Assembly (NCBI GenBank): GCA_019056805.1
Contig: DXJG01000005.1
Location: 1,419 to 33,418, forward strand
Length of the DNA: 32,000 bases
Reading direction: 5' to 3'
DNA from: Candidatus Baldrarchaeota archaeon
GTDB lineage: Archaea > Asgardarchaeota > Baldrarchaeia > Baldrarchaeales > DXJG01
Below are positions 7,985 to 15,907 of this stretch, piece after piece. The notes under the pieces were generated by a model. That model made no database searches. It saw only the letters and a program-made list of their open reading frames with translations, and was not told the DNA's origin. How positions within the stretch are numbered: position 1 is the first letter of the stretch; every line of letters starts with the position of its first letter. Both the position numbers and the translations under genes were made by a program.

Positions 7985-8779
7985 TTGCCTACAATTATAG
8001 TGCCATTTAAGCAGATAGTTGATATTAAAGAGATTAAGGTGGATCCCAGTACCCAAACACCAATAACGGTTGGAATTCCAAGAAAGATAAGTGATGTAGA
8101 TAAAAATGCGTTAGAAGAAGCTATAAAAATAAAGGAAAAACATGGCGGGAAAATAATAGCTATCACTGTCGGTCCACCTGAAGCGAAAACAGCTCTTAGA
8201 GAAACATTAGCTATGGGTGTGGATGAAGCATATCTTCTAAGCGACCCTATATTTGAGGGCTCTGACACCCTGGCTACAGCACGTATATTAGCAAAGACTA
8301 TCGAGAAGCTAGGAGAATTTGACTTAATAATTTGTGGGGAAATGTCTCTTGACGGACTTGCGGCTCAAGTTGGTCCGAGGCTTGCAGAGCTTCTAGACGT
8401 ACCTCAGATAACTTATGTCAGAAAGGTTACCGTAGAGGGGGATAAGGTAATTGCTGAGAAGGATTTAGAAGAGGAGTATGAAATAGTGGAAGCTAAGATG
8501 CCGGTCCTTTTAACAGTGACACGAGAGATAAACGAACCCAGGATACCCTCGCTAAGAGATATTATGAAAGCATCAAGAAAAGAGATCAAAACATGGACAG
8601 CAAACGATATCGGAATATCAAAGGAAGACGTTGGATCTGAAGGATCAGCTGTACAGATACTTAAAGTTACAGTTCCAAAAGTGGAGAGAAAAGGCATTCT
8701 TGTAGAGGCTGAAACAGTTGAAGAAGCTGCAGAAGAAGTTGTAAAGATGATACTTAAGGAAGGAGTGTTAAGGAGGTAG
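7985..8779 (+). CDS. etfB: Electron transfer flavoprotein beta subunit
   Basis: VPFKQIVD, DKNALEEA, GPPEA..ALR..LAMG.DEAYLLSD, DG..AQVGP, PVLLTV..EINEPR.PSL. TTG start with SD GGTGAGG. Confidence 0.96.
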   Translation: MPTIIVPFKQIVDIKEIKVDPSTQTPITVGIPRKISDVDKNALEEAIKIKEKHGGKIIAITVGPPEAKTALRETLAMGVDEAYLLSDPIFEGSDTLATARILAKTIEKLGEFDLIICGEMSLDGLAAQVGPRLAELLDVPQITYVRKVTVEGDKVIAEKDLEEEYEIVEAKMPVLLTVTREINEPRIPSLRDIMKASRKEIKTWTANDIGISKEDVGSEGSAVQILKVTVPKVERKGILVEAETVEEAAEEVVKMILKEGVLRR

Positions 8780-8783
8780 TGTC

Positions 8784-9758
8784 ATGAGTTCCAACGAATT
8801 TAAAGGAGTTATGGTCTTTTCTGAAAATTTTGAAATTCTCCTAGAATTGCTAGGAAAGGGAAGGGAACTTGCTGACAAACTTCAAGTAGAACTATCAGCA
8901 GTTCTTATGGGACATAACATTGATGAAGAGCGTGGAAAAGACCTTATAAAACATGGAGCTGACAAAGTATACATAGTTGACAATCCTATTCTAGAACAAT
9001 TTAATGCAGAACCTTACGCAGACGTTCTTTCAAAAATAGCTAGTGAATATAAGCCGGAAATAATTTTAATCGGTGCTACAAAAAGAGGTAAAGAACTTGC
9101 GCCAAGAGTTGCCACAAAGTTGAATACAGGATGCATGACTGAATGTACAAAACTAGACATTGATGAGGAACGCCGATTAGTGGTAACTCGATTAGTATAT
9201 GGTGGTTCTTCTATAGCAACCGAATATTCTCGTGTAAAACCTCAGATAGCAACAGTTTCTCCACATACATTTGAAAAACTTGCACCTGAGGAGAGAAAGG
9301 GAGAAATAGTCAAATTTGAAGTCGAAGTAAAGGAGCCTAGAACTAAAGTCGTGGAAAGGAAAAAGAAGGAAATTGTCGGAGAAAGACTTGAAGAAGCTTC
9401 AGTGATTGTTGCAGGTGGAAGAGGAATAAGGAGTAAAGAAGATTTCAAGCTACTGGAAGAATTAGCAAAGGTTTTAAATGGACAAGTCGGATGTACAAGG
9501 CCTATTGCGGCAGACTATGGCTGGTTTACAAATTGGATTGGTATTTCTGGTGTTAAAATAAAACCAAAACTCTACATAGCGGTAGGTATTTCAGGAGCTA
9601 TCCAGCATACAGCAGGCATAATGGATTCAAAAATAATTGTAGCAATAAATAAGGATGAAGAGGCTCCAATATTCAAGGCAGCCGACTACGGAATAGTTGG
9701 AGATCTATACAAGATTGTACCTGCCCTTACAGAAGCTTTCAAAAAACTACTAAAATAA
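8784..9758 (+). CDS. etfA: Electron transfer flavoprotein alpha subunit
   Basis: [68 protein letters not shown]. Confidence 0.96.
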   Translation: MSSNEFKGVMVFSENFEILLELLGKGRELADKLQVELSAVLMGHNIDEERGKDLIKHGADKVYIVDNPILEQFNAEPYADVLSKIASEYKPEIILIGATKRGKELAPRVATKLNTGCMTECTKLDIDEERRLVVTRLVYGGSSIATEYSRVKPQIATVSPHTFEKLAPEERKGEIVKFEVEVKEPRTKVVERKKKEIVGERLEEASVIVAGGRGIRSKEDFKLLEELAKVLNGQVGCTRPIAADYGWFTNWIGISGVKIKPKLYIAVGISGAIQHTAGIMDSKIIVAINKDEEAPIFKAADYGIVGDLYKIVPALTEAFKKLLK

Positions 9759-9766
9759 CGTCACAA

Positions 9767-9822
9767 TATATTTTCTTTTTGTTTTTGCTGTTTTTAAAAG
9801 AATAGATAAAAATAGAAAAAGG
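9767..9822. terminator. Bidirectional T-rich/A-rich terminator between convergent etfA and acyl-CoA dehydrogenase
   Basis: Plus-strand TTTTCTTTTGTTTTTGCTGTTTTT is followed by A-rich AAAATAGAAAAA, which is a T-run on the minus strand. Confidence 0.5.
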
Positions 9823-9825
9823 GAT

Positions 9826-11031
9826 TTACTTGTAGGGCACGTAGTCTCTCCCGAGCAGTTCTCTTGCTATGATTATTCTTTGAATGTTTAATCCTCCTTC
9901 GGCCCCAACGCAGTATGACATTATTCCTCTGAGTCCCATTTCAAGTGGGCATTCTTTTGTATATCCATAGGCGCCAAGCCATATCATTGCTTTCTCGAAT
10001 GCTTCGAATGCGAGAGAAGGCCCTAGTAATTTAACTGCTGATATGAATTTTGAAACTTCAAGGGGACCAAAACGTCCAGTAGCATATTTTTCATTGACCA
10101 TCCAAGCTGCCCTGTATACGAGTGATTTAAGTGCCTCGTTTAAGGCCCATATATCTGCCATTTCAAATTGTATTCCTTCGAATTTCGCAAGAGGCCTTCC
10201 GAATAATATGCGTTGCTTTGTGTATTCCATTCCAATTTCAAGAGCACGTCGAGTTGCTCCTACAGCAGTTGCACCGATGAGGAGCCTAGCTAGGTCAAAT
10301 CCTTCCATTGTATAGTAAAATCCTTTGTTTACTTCTCCGAGCACATATTCATCTGGTAATCTTACATCATTCATTACAAAACCGCCGGTAGATATAGCCA
10401 TTCTGCCCATATCTTCAAATCGTTTTGTAACTTCAACTCCTGGAGCGTCAATAGGTAAGAAGAATGCTGTCATACCTCTGTGACCAAGTTTAGGATCTGT
10501 TCTTGCAATAATAAAGTATCCTCCTCCTAGTTTCTTTGCTTCCTCGGTACCACTTATGTATATTTTTTCACCATTGATTACCCATTCGTCGCCTTCTTTC
10601 TTGGCGGTTGTTTTAACTGATGCTATGTCGGAGCCTCCTCCGGGTTCTGTGGTTGCTATTCCAACAAATGCCTCTCCTCTTACTGCTTTTTTGATATATT
10701 TTTCTCTAACTTCCTCGGAACAATATCTGTCAACGACATATCCCCATGAAGCTTCAACTAGGAAGAATACTGGAACTGCTATACTAATATCTGCATATCC
10801 TAATTCCTCTGCAGCTATGCATGCGGTTACCCAGTCAGCTCCAGTTCCACCATGTTCTTCGGGAATTGTCAATAAAAGTAATCCTAGGTCTGCTAGACCC
10901 TTGATAACGTCCATGGGCATTTCTTCTTTTGTGTCCATTTCTCTAACTTTTTCTAAACTTAAATTTTTTTCACACCATTCCTTAACGGCTTGTCTAAATA
11001 ATTCTTGCTCCTCTGTGAAAGAGAAATCCAT
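9826..11031 (-). CDS. Acyl-CoA dehydrogenase
   Basis: MDFSFTEEQELFRQAV, TEPGGGSD, WVINGEKIYIS, GFYYTMEGFDLAR, FGRPLAKFEGIQF, GAYGY, catalytic GAEG...QR.IIAR. Start ATG 11031 (SD GGGGAGG). Confidence 0.95.
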   Translation of the reverse strand: MDFSFTEEQELFRQAVKEWCEKNLSLEKVREMDTKEEMPMDVIKGLADLGLLLLTIPEEHGGTGADWVTACIAAEELGYADISIAVPVFFLVEASWGYVVDRYCSEEVREKYIKKAVRGEAFVGIATTEPGGGSDIASVKTTAKKEGDEWVINGEKIYISGTEEAKKLGGGYFIIARTDPKLGHRGMTAFFLPIDAPGVEVTKRFEDMGRMAISTGGFVMNDVRLPDEYVLGEVNKGFYYTMEGFDLARLLIGATAVGATRRALEIGMEYTKQRILFGRPLAKFEGIQFEMADIWALNEALKSLVYRAAWMVNEKYATGRFGPLEVSKFISAVKLLGPSLAFEAFEKAMIWLGAYGYTKECPLEMGLRGIMSYCVGAEGGLNIQRIIIARELLGRDYVPYK

Positions 11032-11432
11032 AATAAAACCTCCCCAAATTTTAATACTAATTGCTATAGCTAACTTACTCATCTGGTCATAAAAAATTTA
11101 CTAATTTCCCTTTTCCAATGAAACCTATACATAAATCAATGCCAACACGGTTAAGAAAATGTATCGAAATACCTTGCGTAAATTATTTCAATGCCGCTAT
11201 ATTAACATTTGATTTGAAAGTAGAACCTAAATAGCGACAAAATATAGATTTATAATAACGAAATTAACAATACTGTCGGGAAAACGTCAGTAAAATTATT
11301 AAAAACATCTTAACTAGTAATTTATATGAAGTTTTACAACAGAAGTTTAAAGTCAAGTTTTACATACATAATTCAATCTGAAAAGTTTAAGTATGATAAA
11401 TAATTTATTGAAATCGAATTCTCCGATGCTCT

Positions 11433-11561
11433 GCGGGGGTGGCCGAGCCAGGTCAAAGGTTGCTAAAGGCCGATTAAAGGCGCAGGACTGAGGCACCCTC
11501 TTTTAGGGCTCGAATCCTGTGGCGCAGGCCTGCGTGGGTTCAAATCCCACCCCCCGCACCA
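11433..11561 (+). tRNA. tRNA-Leu(GAG) with two introns (D-arm 21/22 at ~11457-11477; anticodon loop 37/38 or 38/39, 20 nt, ~11494-11514)
   Basis: Acceptor GCGGGGG/CCCCCGC, A73, encoded CCA, T-arm GTGGG-TTCAAAT-CCCAC and a long variable arm. Removing 21 nt and 20 nt restores D-arm GCC...GGC and anticodon stem CAGGA/TCCTG around CT-GAG-G. BHB-like pairings are found at both junctions. Confidence 0.93.
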
Positions 11562-11926
11562 ACAATATAATTATTAGTATATGTCCTAGGATTTTATATA
11601 AGATTTTAATCTATGAATTCGACTTTTGATCTTAACTTTCCATTTTTTAACATATTATTGCTGGTGCTTTTATATGCGAGTGAAATGAGGAATGTTTTAT
11701 AATTTTGCAATGAATGTTTCGACAAAGTTATAAAATAATGTTGACATTGTTTTAGTAATCAGGGGTGTGAAATTGTACTTTAAAGCATTACTTGAAATCT
11801 GTATATGCCTAATAACTTCGGAGACACCGTATGATAGTAGTACTTAACACACATTCCAGGTTGAAAAGTACATAGAAGGGAAGTTCTTTAGCCCGTTTAG
11901 GTGTAAAAGGATGTCAGAGAATTTTT

Positions 11927-12487
11927 GTGAAAAAAGTAAAAATAACAAATTTAAGGGACATATTTAAACAATTACCAAAAAATTTTATTCTCCTAGTTAT
12001 AAGTTCCGTGGAGAACTATATTTCTGCCAATCTTGAAATTCTGCGAGTTTTGTTAAATGAAATGAAAATTTCTGGAGTTTATATTACAATCAATAGACCT
12101 TATGCCAGTTTATGCAAAATATTAAAACAGAATGGCATCAATATAGAAAAATTGTATTTTATAGATTGTGTTTCAAGTTTAGCTGGAATGCCGGTTGAAA
12201 AAACAGAAAAGTGCCGTTTTCTTAAAGGTCCATCCGCTCTCACAGACATCGGAATAGATCTTAGTGAACTCATGGAAGAAATCAAGAAGCCGTGTTTCCT
12301 ATTTCTAGATTCAATCTCAACTCTATTAACCTATAACAGTGCAGAAGCTGTTGTTTCATTTTCCCATCTGCTAATTACCAAGATGAGACTTAAAGGACTA
12401 ATGGGAGTTATCATCACTTTGGAAAAAGAATCTGAGCCTTATAAAATAATAACCCAATTTTGTGATAAAGTTATAGAGGTGAAATAA
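11927..12487 (+). CDS. KaiC/RecA-superfamily ATPase-like domain with a degenerate P-loop (DUF835/DUF7504-like)
   Basis: SGVYITINRPY, LYFIDCVS, PSALTDI, FLFLDSISTLL.YN and FCDKVIEV are KaiC-like strands. No GxxGxGKT/S. The start is uncertain: the best SD+ATG (11911) is one base out of frame. Confidence 0.75.
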   Translation: MKKVKITNLRDIFKQLPKNFILLVISSVENYISANLEILRVLLNEMKISGVYITINRPYASLCKILKQNGINIEKLYFIDCVSSLAGMPVEKTEKCRFLKGPSALTDIGIDLSELMEEIKKPCFLFLDSISTLLTYNSAEAVVSFSHLLITKMRLKGLMGVIITLEKESEPYKIITQFCDKVIEVK

Positions 12488-12828
12488 TGTCTGAATGGAA
12501 TGAACTAGGAAAGTTGGAAGAGATAAAAGCTCTTCTTGTACTGGATAAGGAAGGAAGAGAAGTCTATTCTAAAATACCCAAGAAATATGAGAAATTGAGA
12601 GAATGGGCTAAAGAATTTAATGAATTGATTAAGAATACGTTCAAGGAATTAAAAGCCGCTTCAAGACAAGTTACTATTGACTATTTTAATGGCAAAATAG
12701 CAATCGTTCGTTGCTTGGAAGAACATGTCATTTTTTTAACCTCAGAATTAATCGATATGGAGAAGTTATGTAAAAAAATTAGAGAGATCGAGATTGCAAA
12801 AAAGATAGAAGATGTATTGAGGCTTTAA
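12487..12828 (+). CDS. Roadblock/LC7 (profilin-like) domain protein
   Basis: 113 aa with helix-ALLVLDKEG-EVYS-helix-QVTIDYFNGKIAIV-HVIFLTS-helix topology. Overlaps the upstream stop (TAATG). Confidence 0.6.
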   Translation: MSEWNELGKLEEIKALLVLDKEGREVYSKIPKKYEKLREWAKEFNELIKNTFKELKAASRQVTIDYFNGKIAIVRCLEEHVIFLTSELIDMEKLCKKIREIEIAKKIEDVLRL

Positions 12829-12829
12829 T

Positions 12830-13174
12830 ATGAGAACGAGATTTAAAAAAAGGATAGAAGATATAGAACCAATGGTAACTGCCTTTTTGCACGTTACAAA
12901 AGATGGAAAAGTACTCGAACAAACAAAATCGGAAAAAGCACCTAAAATCACAGCAAAGTTTCTATCTAATTCCGTAAAACTCGTAGAATTGGCGTGTGAA
13001 CTTAGTTCTGAGTTTAATTTGGGTAGCCTCCAAACAATAAGTATGATGGGGAAAAAAGGAAAACTTGATTTGCATATCCTCCTACATCCCAGCTCACCAG
13101 ATCTTTTTGGTATCATCTTTACTGAAAAGCCAAGCCTTGAGGAAAAAATTAAGAAAGCTTTCAAGGGGTTATAA
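12830..13174 (+). CDS. Roadblock/LC7 (MglB/LAMTOR-like) domain protein
   Basis: 114 aa; VTAFLHVTKDGKVLE and FNLGSLQTISMMGKKGKLDLHIL are characteristic Roadblock strands. Confidence 0.68.
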   Translation: MRTRFKKRIEDIEPMVTAFLHVTKDGKVLEQTKSEKAPKITAKFLSNSVKLVELACELSSEFNLGSLQTISMMGKKGKLDLHILLHPSSPDLFGIIFTEKPSLEEKIKKAFKGL

Positions 13175-13176
13175 AA

Positions 13177-13811
13177 GTGACTCTACTTGAACAATGGCTA
13201 TACTGGACACAAATCGCCTGTATAGTAATGTCAACTGTATTGACAGGGTTCATGGGGTATATATACCTCCTTAAAAGGGACCCCCCATTCTTATATGGGC
13301 TCTTGCTTGGTGTGTTGTTGCTATTAGAATAACTATTGGTTTATTTTTTCCATTCAGCTTTATAAGGGGCTTCATAAATGATTTCCTAACCATAAGTCAT
13401 GACTTGCTCTGGATCTTAGGATTAGCAGTGTTATTAGAAATGGGGAAAAAAGGAAAAGTGTATTTTCCTGTGCTATACCCCTCGACACATTCTATAATAA
13501 GTGCATTATCCTACTTTTACCTCGGTTCCAAAGTGTACGGAGCCATTGAAACCACGATTTTCGCTCATCCCATACTCCTGTTTATACTTTCTTGGTATTT
13601 TCACATATGTGCAAAAGTTACAAAAAACCTTGGTGCAAGAATTATCAGCATATCCTTCCTACTTTGGGCCTTTGACTACATAATATTTGGAATACCATAC
13701 TTTGGAATGGGAATAACAATCGCAGGAGCCATAGGCTGGTCCATCGGCCTTATCTTTAGAGTAACAATTTTCATAGGATTTTTAATGATGACAGTGAGAA
13801 AACAACATTAA
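13177..13811 (+). pseudogene. 7-TM membrane protein (~211 aa if rejoined) split by a 1-nt frameshift at a C6 tract (13281-13286)
   Basis: GTG 13177 (2 nt after the upstream stop) reads MTLLEQWLYWTQIACIVMSTVLTGFMGYIYLLKRDP, then stops at 13330-32. The -1 frame is open from 13275 to 13811 and continues PILIWALAWCVVAIRITIGLFF...LWILGLAVLL into the listed 13404 ORF. Seven hydrophobic segments in total. Confidence 0.8.
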
Positions 13812-14436
13812 TGAAGTTCTGAAAAATAGTGCTTAGATAGGGATCTCTGCGAAACACCCAAAGCAACATTGGAATAGTTGGTCGCAGCTAAATTTAACAT
13901 CAAAATCTTTAACTGTCCATGTCTTTAGGCGATGCAGCTTGGTTTGCCGACGACCTCCTATTCAAAATCGAAGTAGGCGGAAAAATCATGTAGGTACAAT
14001 GCGGAAGATCCGATGTTTTTGAGAAGGATCCAGTAAATGGCTAAATTATACAAGGTTACTTATTTCTTCCATCTACGAAATAATGCTAAAATAATACAAC
14101 TTATTACTTAAATCAATGACAGATCATTCAGAAATTACAGTAGTAACTAGTAAAATTCTTGCGTCATAAGTATAATTAAAAGCACTTTCCAAAATTACTG
14201 GATACTCAAGACTTACCTTAGCTTATATTGCTGTATTTTTCTCCGTTCTCATGACACAATCACCCACACAGATTGAAAGTAGCTATTAAAAAATATAGTA
14301 AAAAAGGTATTTACAAAGTTTTTTGCTTAAAACATGCCAACAAAAATACGATACAATGAAAAATATACAATATAATGAAGATAAATTTAAAAATCGTTAT
14401 TTTATAATATTATAATGAGAAAATAAGATAGAAGAT

Positions 14437-14506
14437 CCCACGGGGGGTGATCGCCATGTGGGTGACACCCCTCGTGACCACATGGAGTGACAGACCACCT
14501 CCATAA
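14437..14506 (+). other. GC-rich structured element containing a 16-codon ORF (14456-14506, MWVTPLVTTWSDRPPP): small RNA or leader/arrest-peptide gene
   Basis: 43/67 GC by hand count within very AT-rich flanks. SD GGGGGGTGAT 14442-51, ATG 14456, TAA 14504-06. TATA-like TTATAATG at 14410-17 and T-tracts at 14511-32. Three overlapping inverted repeats. Confidence 0.6.
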
Positions 14507-14697
14507 AATGTTATTTTGATATCTATTTTTTAAGTAAAAAATACTCCTCATAAAACCGCTTTTCTAGGAATTTCTAATATTAAAATATCAACCGTTGCCT
14601 TGTCTTTTAATTTACATATTGTTATCTATTTCTTTCTGAAATTCTTAAAATGCGTTGATTTTTATATTTCTAGTTTAAAATTAAAAAGTTTGAAGAA

Positions 14698-14813
14698 TGG
14701 AGCCGCCGGCGGGATTTGAACCCGCGACCACCGGATTTCTCGCTTTCGTTACGCATTAAAGTTACGAGTCCGGCGCATTCGGCTATTTTTTCTACCAGCT
14801 GTGCTACGGCGGC
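14698..14813 (-). tRNA. tRNA-Thr(CGT) with two introns (D-arm 22/23, 14 nt, 14791-14778; canonical 37/38, 26 nt, 14762-14737)
   Basis: Acceptor GCCGCCG/CGGCGGC, U73, CCA. The anticodon intron has a perfect BHB (CTCG/CGAG helix, inner CTTT/AAAG). The D intron has helix TGGT/GCCG with 3-nt bulges. Confidence 0.95.
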
Positions 14814-14901
14814 TTTTCCTCGTTTTTTTAAAAAAATAGATAAAACTTAAAGTTTTCGATTGACATTTATAGTAAAAGGACTGGTCATGGTGGTGTTTTG
14901 T

Positions 14902-15894
14902 TTGAGAGTTAGGGACATTGGTGAACGGGGGTTAATTGAGAAAATCTTTGGGATCATTGATAAATGTGATAAGGCTGTCTTACCCTTGGGGGATGATGCT
15001 GTAGGTTATCTTATTGACAATGGGTGTGTTTTGGTTGTTAATGTTGATATGCTTGTTTGGAGTACGGATGTTCCTCCTGGGATGTCTTTTAGGCAGGTTG
15101 GACGGAAGATTGTTACGATGTGTGTTAGTGATGTTGCTGTTAAGGGTGCAAAACCACTTGGTATTCTTCTTTCTATCGGAATACCGAAAGATTTTCCGGT
15201 TAAAGATGTGGAGGAGATTGTTAGAGGTGTTAATGAAGGAAGTCGTGAATATGATACCTATTTGTTAGGTGGAGATACTAATGAGTGTAATGAGGTTATT
15301 TTAGATGGAATAGCTTTTGGGATAGTTGATAGGGATTATTTGGTTACACGTAGTGGAGCGAATCCTGGAGATATCTTGGCTATTACTGGATACTTTGGTT
15401 ACACGGCTGCAGGACTTAAAATATTACTTGAAAATATGTCCGTTCCAACTGATATTAGGAAAAAGTTTCTAGAGACTGTTTATAATCCTAGGGCAAAAGT
15501 AAAAGAAGCAATAGCATTGGCTAAAAGTAGAACATTAACGTCTAGCATTGATAGTAGTGATGGCCTTGCATGGTCATTATATGAATTGGGTAAATCTAGT
15601 GGTGTTGGTTTTATCGTGGAAAACTTGCCAATCCCTGAGGAAGTTAAAAAATTTGCTGAAATTCACGACTTAGACCCTTATGATCTAGCTTTATATGGCG
15701 GGGAAGAATTTGAGCTTGTAGTAACTGTTAAACCAGCTACGTGGGAAAAAGCTGTGGAAGCGGTTAAAAAGGTGGGAGGAACCTTAATTAAGATGGGAAA
15801 AGTTACAAAAGATAAGAAAATCGTTCTTGTAGATAAAGACGGAGTTGAGAGGAAAATAGAGCCACGTGGATACGAACATTTCATAGATAACTGA
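14902..15894 (+). CDS. thiL: Thiamine-monophosphate kinase
   Basis: IGERGLI, GDDA, DMLV...D, VSDVAVKGAKP, LLGGDTN, RSGANPGD.LAITG..G, IDSSDGLA..L, ALYGGEEFELV, RGYEHF. TTG 14902 follows SD GGTGGTG. Confidence 0.95.
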   Translation: MRVRDIGERGLIEKIFGIIDKCDKAVLPLGDDAVGYLIDNGCVLVVNVDMLVWSTDVPPGMSFRQVGRKIVTMCVSDVAVKGAKPLGILLSIGIPKDFPVKDVEEIVRGVNEGSREYDTYLLGGDTNECNEVILDGIAFGIVDRDYLVTRSGANPGDILAITGYFGYTAAGLKILLENMSVPTDIRKKFLETVYNPRAKVKEAIALAKSRTLTSSIDSSDGLAWSLYELGKSSGVGFIVENLPIPEEVKKFAEIHDLDPYDLALYGGEEFELVVTVKPATWEKAVEAVKKVGGTLIKMGKVTKDKKIVLVDKDGVERKIEPRGYEHFIDN

Positions 15895-15907
15895 GGTGTG
15901 TAGAAGG

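Noticed and set aside
10043-11092. Antisense ORFs listed in the track (e.g. 10556-11092, 1502-1843, 3825-4235, 12766-13164, 17766-18212, 22120-22539, 31698-32000)
   Set aside because: They are shadows of well-supported opposite-strand genes, with no SD and no recognisable motifs.
11774-11848. 24-codon ORF MYFKALLEICICLITSETPYDSST after an AGGGGTG SD-like site
   Set aside because: TTG start, no recognisable motif or supporting structure; indistinguishable from chance.
13177-13811. 7-TM protein as a rhodopsin
   Set aside because: No Lys in the seventh helix (IFRVTIFIGFLMM) and no DxxxK or SxxxK retinal-binding motif.
14000-14252. Selenocysteine or pyrrolysine readthrough in the minus-strand remnant
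   Set aside because: The interrupting stops are a mix of TAA, TGA and TAG with frame changes, which indicates decay or non-coding sequence rather than recoding.
14398-14483. Minus-strand mirror ORF MWSRGVSPTWRSPPVG... over the GC island
   Set aside because: It arises from the same inverted repeat. SD spacing is longer (11 nt) and the promoter and terminator fit the plus strand better. Not fully excluded.
14437-14506. HDV-like ribozyme or a fully formed H-type pseudoknot
   Set aside because: P1 lacks the G at the cleavage site and the P3/L3/J4-2 spacing does not fit. One-nt and four-nt loops cannot span the 11-bp and 8-bp stems simultaneously.
11562-14697. Integrated mobile element between the 3' ends of convergent tRNA-Leu and tRNA-Thr
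   Set aside because: No integrase or transposase ORF, and I found no duplicated tRNA 3' end (att site). At most a variable region.
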